Below, one piece after another: positions 59,818 through 64,000 of a DNA stretch of 64,000 bases (position 1 is the first letter of the stretch; each line of letters starts with the position of its first letter). The notes beneath the pieces are model-generated. The model was given only the letters and a program-made list of their open reading frames with translations, made no database searches and was not told the origin of the DNA. Both the position numbers and the translations under genes were made by a program. The stretch spans positions 7,115 to 71,114 of the forward strand of contig CACWNQ010000019.1 in assembly GCA_902762385.1 (NCBI GenBank), written 5' to 3'. This stretch comes from an uncultured Bacteroidales bacterium (GTDB lineage: Bacteria; Bacteroidota; Bacteroidia; Bacteroidales; Muribaculaceae).

Positions 59818-60717
59818 CTACCTTCCGTAATCATGAAGCTTGCGAAAATTGTTAGGAGAGTGGCCTAGGTGCTTCTTGACATACTTCCCAAAAAACGACA
59901 AGTTTTCGAAACCTAATTGCAAGGCAATCTCCTTGATGCTTAGCGTGCTATAAAGTAGCATCTGCTTTATATGCCCAGTGGTATTGAGTGCAATAAGTTC
60001 ACTTGCAGTCTTACCCTCGTGCTTACGACAGATGCTGGTAAGATATTTGGGTGAGACACAGAGCTCGTCGGCATAGTCTTTCACGCTGCGTTGCACACCG
60101 TTGCTCTTGGCAAGCAATAGCACAAATCGATGAAATATCTTGTCGCCCTGCCTCATCATTGCCATGTCGCGTTCCTCACCATAGTGACTAGTGAGGTTGG
60201 CTATCATGTCAATCACATAGGCGCGCAGAATTGTGTGCATTGCATCCTTACCTGTCGACCCAACTTCTGGATGTTCCATCTTGAATCGTGCTAGCTCATA
60301 GTATCGGCTCATGAGTTCCATTTCGTCATGCGAAAAATGCACTACAGGATTCTGCTTTATGTGCAAGAAAGCTTCAAACACGCTTTTAGTCATAAACGTG
60401 ATTCCTCCTTCAAGCGAGATGCATATTATCTTGCAACTCATGTCATTATCATAGGTAATGTCGCTCACCACGCTCTGCATGTCAATTAGCAATCCGTCAT
60501 TGGCTTTAATGTTGAACTGCACACTGTTTACTTTCATCGACAAGGCTCCACTGGTGCAGAAAATCATAGCCACAAAGTTAACCTTGAAGGCATCGACAAG
60601 ATTAACTACCGAACGAATATCGTCGGCAAAACCTATCTCACCATCAAAATACTTCACGCGTCCCGACAGTTGCGGCACATCGTTAAGATTCAATTGTTGA
60701 ATTCCACTTTCGTTCAT
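59818..60717 (-). CDS. AraC family transcriptional regulator
   Basis: YADELCVSPKYLTSIC and SIKEIA..LGFENLSFFGKYVKKH.G.SP HTH pair. Confidence 0.92.
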   Translation of the reverse strand: MNESGIQQLNLNDVPQLSGRVKYFDGEIGFADDIRSVVNLVDAFKVNFVAMIFCTSGALSMKVNSVQFNIKANDGLLIDMQSVVSDITYDNDMSCKIICISLEGGITFMTKSVFEAFLHIKQNPVVHFSHDEMELMSRYYELARFKMEHPEVGSTGKDAMHTILRAYVIDMIANLTSHYGEERDMAMMRQGDKIFHRFVLLLAKSNGVQRSVKDYADELCVSPKYLTSICRKHEGKTASELIALNTTGHIKQMLLYSTLSIKEIALQLGFENLSFFGKYVKKHLGHSPNNFRKLHDYGR

Positions 60718-60940
60718 CTTAATAAAGACATTAATTTATACAGGTCAGTAACATAGGATAGATTGATTTCAAAATCTCTTTCACAGAGTTTGTGAGTGCA
60801 AAGATACACACTAATTTGCCAGTTTGCAATATATCATTTGGTTAAATATTCTTTTTTCTACCACAAATGTGCTCTTATTTCTTGTGGGTTGCCATTTAAA
60901 GCACTACTTTTGTACAAGAAACATTATTAAACAAAACTAT

Positions 60941-61558
60941 ATGGAAATTATCAGCACAGGTAAAATGGTAGAAATCGCCTACAAGATTTTCCTCGTTGAG
61001 AAAGATGGCGACACCATGATTTATGAATTTAAGGCCGACAAGCCCGATCATTTCGTTTTCGGACACGAGCCAGGCATGCTTGAGTCATTTACCAACCATC
61101 TCGAGGGTCTCAAAGCTGGCGACGAGTTCGACTTCATACTTTCACCCATCGAAGCCTTTGGTGAACGCAATCCCGACTTGGTTCAGGTACTCGATAAGTC
61201 ACTCTTCATCATCGAGGGTGAGTTCGACAGTGACCGTGTATATGAAGGGGCCTTCGTACCCATGATGACTGGCGACGGAATGCGCATCGAGGGTATCGTC
61301 AAGGAGATTACCGACGATACTGTTACTATCGACTTCAACCACCAGCTTGCTGGCGAAACAGTGAAGTACACCGGCAAAGTCATTAACGTGCGAGAGGCTA
61401 CCGACGAAGAAAAGAATCCTCCACGTCACCAGTGCGGTGGATGCGGTGGAGGTGATTGTGGTGGCTGCGAAGGCGGTGACTGCGACAAGGATCATGACGG
61501 CGAATGCTGTGGCAAGGGAAACGGTCATGATGGACAGTGCTGCAAGAACCACAAATAA
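60941..61558 (+). CDS. slyD: FKBP-type peptidyl-prolyl isomerase with Cys/His-rich tail
   Basis: LSPIEAFGER, VTIDFNHQLAG, VREAT.EE, GGCGGGDC tail. Start moved to ATG 60941. Confidence 0.88.
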   Translation: MEIISTGKMVEIAYKIFLVEKDGDTMIYEFKADKPDHFVFGHEPGMLESFTNHLEGLKAGDEFDFILSPIEAFGERNPDLVQVLDKSLFIIEGEFDSDRVYEGAFVPMMTGDGMRIEGIVKEITDDTVTIDFNHQLAGETVKYTGKVINVREATDEEKNPPRHQCGGCGGGDCGGCEGGDCDKDHDGECCGKGNGHDGQCCKNHK

Positions 61559-61587
61559 TTAGATCTTATCTTCTTTTCAAAAAAACA

Positions 61588-61621
61588 AATGAGGCTCTAT
61601 GCTTTTAGCAAGAGCCTCATT
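61588..61621. terminator. Terminator after slyD
   Basis: aatgaggctct / agagcctcatt stem. Confidence 0.7.
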
Positions 61622-61994
61622 ATAGTAAAAAAAGGCACCGCTCGATTCACATCGTGCGGTGCCCAATAACCATATTATTAATGTCAATATTGCATCATTT
61701 GTATTTGCCTTATGTCACTAAAATGTTTGTTGTGTGTATAATAAAAAAATCAAAACCTTTACTTGTTGTTATAACAGCAGCTGCACATATGCTAACTACT
61801 GCGTTTGCGTTGCAAAGGTATGCATTAATCCACTAAGCGACAACCCCTTTAAATCGATTTATTGACACTTGTTCGCAAAAGTGCTAGTTTTTGCTCTATT
61901 TAGAGTAACAAGAGCAATGTACAAAGGGCTTTTGCAACGATAATTAAGGGACAAATGACGAAATTATTTATGGAAAAAACCACCAAATTGGCAC

Positions 61995-62807
61995 CTATAA
62001 GTTGATGGTCTCAAGGTCTATTGGAACATGAATGTTACCGGTATAAACGGTACGGGCTTCGGCGCTATAGTTGTCGCGTCGCGCCATCAAGCGAGTGTCT
62101 TCGGTGTGATAGAGAAGCAGATTCTTAACACCTAACTCCTGAGCAAGTTTGCCAGCATCGATAACAGTACTGTGATGCTTCTCATAAGGACGGAATTGCT
62201 CCCTATCGCGATACATGCAGAAGGCCTCGCACAACAGCCAGTCGCAGTCTCGCACATAACGCTCACTAGTGGGTTTATAAGGTTCGTCACCCAGGCACAC
62301 TAAGTGCTGCCCATCAGGCATAAGAGCCGAGAAACCATACTGAAGAGTCTTGTCGGAACCAATGTCGAAGAAAGTGATGCTCATATCATCAATGAGAAGT
62401 GTCTCACCATCGGTAACCTCCCTAAGGATAATAGTATTTCCCACTGCCGACAGAATCTTGGCAGGAATCATAATTCGACACATCGTTTCAAGTGCCTCCT
62501 TCACCTCACGGTGACAGTAGATTGTGAATATGCCTTGGTATTTACCTTTATACTGCAAGGGTGAAATTTTGCGTATGAGCCATATAACTCCCATTATATG
62601 GTCGGTATGAACATGGGTAACGAAGAGATGGCGAATCTGCGTGTAGTCGATACCAGCACGGTATAATTGACGAAAAATACCATTGCCACCACCAGCATCG
62701 ACCATAAGATGTCCAGCTTGCGATTTCAGGTAGAAACAGGTGTTGTAGCAGCGAGTGCACATAGCGCTCCCTGTTCCAAGCATTTTTATGTATTGCAATA
62801 CTGCCAA
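61995..62807 (-). CDS. MBL-fold metallohydrolase (RNase Z/BN-like)
   Basis: LGTG, VDAGGG, THVHTDH (HxHxDH), HHST, LYHTED. Start uncertain (TTG 62807 or ATG 62783). Confidence 0.82.
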   Translation of the reverse strand: MAVLQYIKMLGTGSAMCTRCYNTCFYLKSQAGHLMVDAGGGNGIFRQLYRAGIDYTQIRHLFVTHVHTDHIMGVIWLIRKISPLQYKGKYQGIFTIYCHREVKEALETMCRIMIPAKILSAVGNTIILREVTDGETLLIDDMSITFFDIGSDKTLQYGFSALMPDGQHLVCLGDEPYKPTSERYVRDCDWLLCEAFCMYRDREQFRPYEKHHSTVIDAGKLAQELGVKNLLLYHTEDTRLMARRDNYSAEARTVYTGNIHVPIDLETINL

Positions 62808-62835
62808 TTTCAGCCTATATTATTATGAAATCCTA

Positions 62836-63993
62836 TTAACCCTTCACTCTTGGAATCTCAATAGCGAATGTGGTACCCTTGCCAACTTCACTCTCCTTTA
62901 CAAAGATTTTGCCACCATGATACTCCTCAATGATGCGCTTTACCAATGTCAAACCTAAACCCCAACCACGTTTTTTGGTTGTGAAACCAGGGTTGAACAC
63001 GTTCTTGAAGTTTTTGCGGGCTATGCCCTTTCCAGTATCCTTCACATATAGATGAGCATGCTGAGCATCACTAGTCACCACAATGTCGATACGTCCCTGA
63101 CCACTCATAGCATCAACTGCATTCTTAGTGAGATTCTCCATTACCCACTCAAACAAGGGCTGACACAACATTACACCACAATTAGTATCATCTTGAGTGT
63201 GAACAGTAAGAGCCACATGCTTAGGTATTCGGGTGCGCATATAGGTTAGACTGCTCTCCACTGCCTCATTAATGAATGTGAGTTCTTTATCAGGCATAGA
63301 GCCAATCTTCGAGAAGCGATCGGCTATGACCGAGAGTCGGTGCACATCGGTATCCATATCGGTGATGATATCCTTATCCACACCCATCGACTCAAGCATC
63401 TGCGTCCATGCCATCAACGAAGAAATGGGCGTACCAAGTTGGTGTGCTGTCTCCTTTGAGAGACCAACCCACACACGGTTCTGCTCAGCCTTTTTCACGC
63501 TAATGAGCGCAAAGTAGGCAATTCCCAAGAACAGTAGCATAACAGCCAACTGTATGTAAGGATAATAGGCTAGTCGACGCAGCAAGTCGCTGTCCTCATA
63601 GTAGAGCATCTGCTTCGTACTATCATCAATACGAATCTCAATACAATTAGTTGAGTTGCTCAATTTTTTGAACTTCTCATCAAGGAATTTCTTGTTTATT
63701 GCCGAGTACTCGCTAATCATCTTAGCAGTGTCGGCTGGTTCAGGCAATTTGAAATTTCGTTGCTCAATAATGGTACCTTGCTCGTCAACAAGAAGAACTG
63801 GAATATTGCGGTTACCTTGAATTATGCGAAAAAGAAAGTCAACATCAGTATCGGTCGAGGTTGTAAGCTCACGCGTAGCGTCGGCCCAAATCTCCATTCG
63901 CTCACGCTCTTGCTTTGCAAGATCCTTAACCAAGCGGTTGGAAATATAAATAAATACACCCACTAATATCAGCGACACTGCAAGAAGCACCAT
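62836..63993 (-). CDS. Membrane sensor histidine kinase (frame is open to the window edge, so the start may lie beyond it)
   Basis: Two TM segments; ETAHQLGTP H-box, ENLTKNAVDA, DTGKG, FNPGFTTK, GLGL, GKGTTF. Confidence 0.92.
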   Translation of the reverse strand: MVLLAVSLILVGVFIYISNRLVKDLAKQERERMEIWADATRELTTSTDTDVDFLFRIIQGNRNIPVLLVDEQGTIIEQRNFKLPEPADTAKMISEYSAINKKFLDEKFKKLSNSTNCIEIRIDDSTKQMLYYEDSDLLRRLAYYPYIQLAVMLLFLGIAYFALISVKKAEQNRVWVGLSKETAHQLGTPISSLMAWTQMLESMGVDKDIITDMDTDVHRLSVIADRFSKIGSMPDKELTFINEAVESSLTYMRTRIPKHVALTVHTQDDTNCGVMLCQPLFEWVMENLTKNAVDAMSGQGRIDIVVTSDAQHAHLYVKDTGKGIARKNFKNVFNPGFTTKKRGWGLGLTLVKRIIEEYHGGKIFVKESEVGKGTTFAIEIPRVKG

Positions 63994-64000
63994 CTTCCAG

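Noticed and set aside
58532-60717. AraC regulator controlling the polyamine dehydrogenase
   Set aside because: The genes are convergent and separated by a bidirectional terminator; nothing links them.

Overview
Bacteroidales chromosome segment (Muribaculaceae/Prevotella-like by inference: TAnnTTTG/TTTG promoters, T9SS cargo, lipoproteins). Most of it is housekeeping: the end of the dcw cluster (murD-ftsW-murG-murC-ftsQ-ftsA-ftsZ), serS, tRNA-Asp, tRNA-Leu, dtd, deoC, polA, thyA-folA and slyD. It also carries a complete glycerophosphodiester/G3P utilisation locus (DeoR <> glpABC-glpT-GDPD lipoprotein-OprO/P porin), two LRR-dockerin surface proteins, three tandem PorZ-like genes and many short intergenic repeat arrays. 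The best candidate for a new system is at 24975-26980, next to tRNA-Leu. A stand-alone reverse transcriptase (YCDD; not a group II intron, DGR or typical retron RT) has its own promoter about 255 nt upstream of the ATG. That leader is non-coding on the sense strand, is closed by a 14-bp inverted repeat and folds internally. Its antisense strand has a 63-codon stop-free frame, and from an internal ATG this gives a 40-aa (120-nt) peptide with a hydrophobic helix. The layout recalls DRT2-type defence RTs, which build a hidden gene from an ncRNA. No database searches or folding programs were run; all family calls come from motif recognition by eye.
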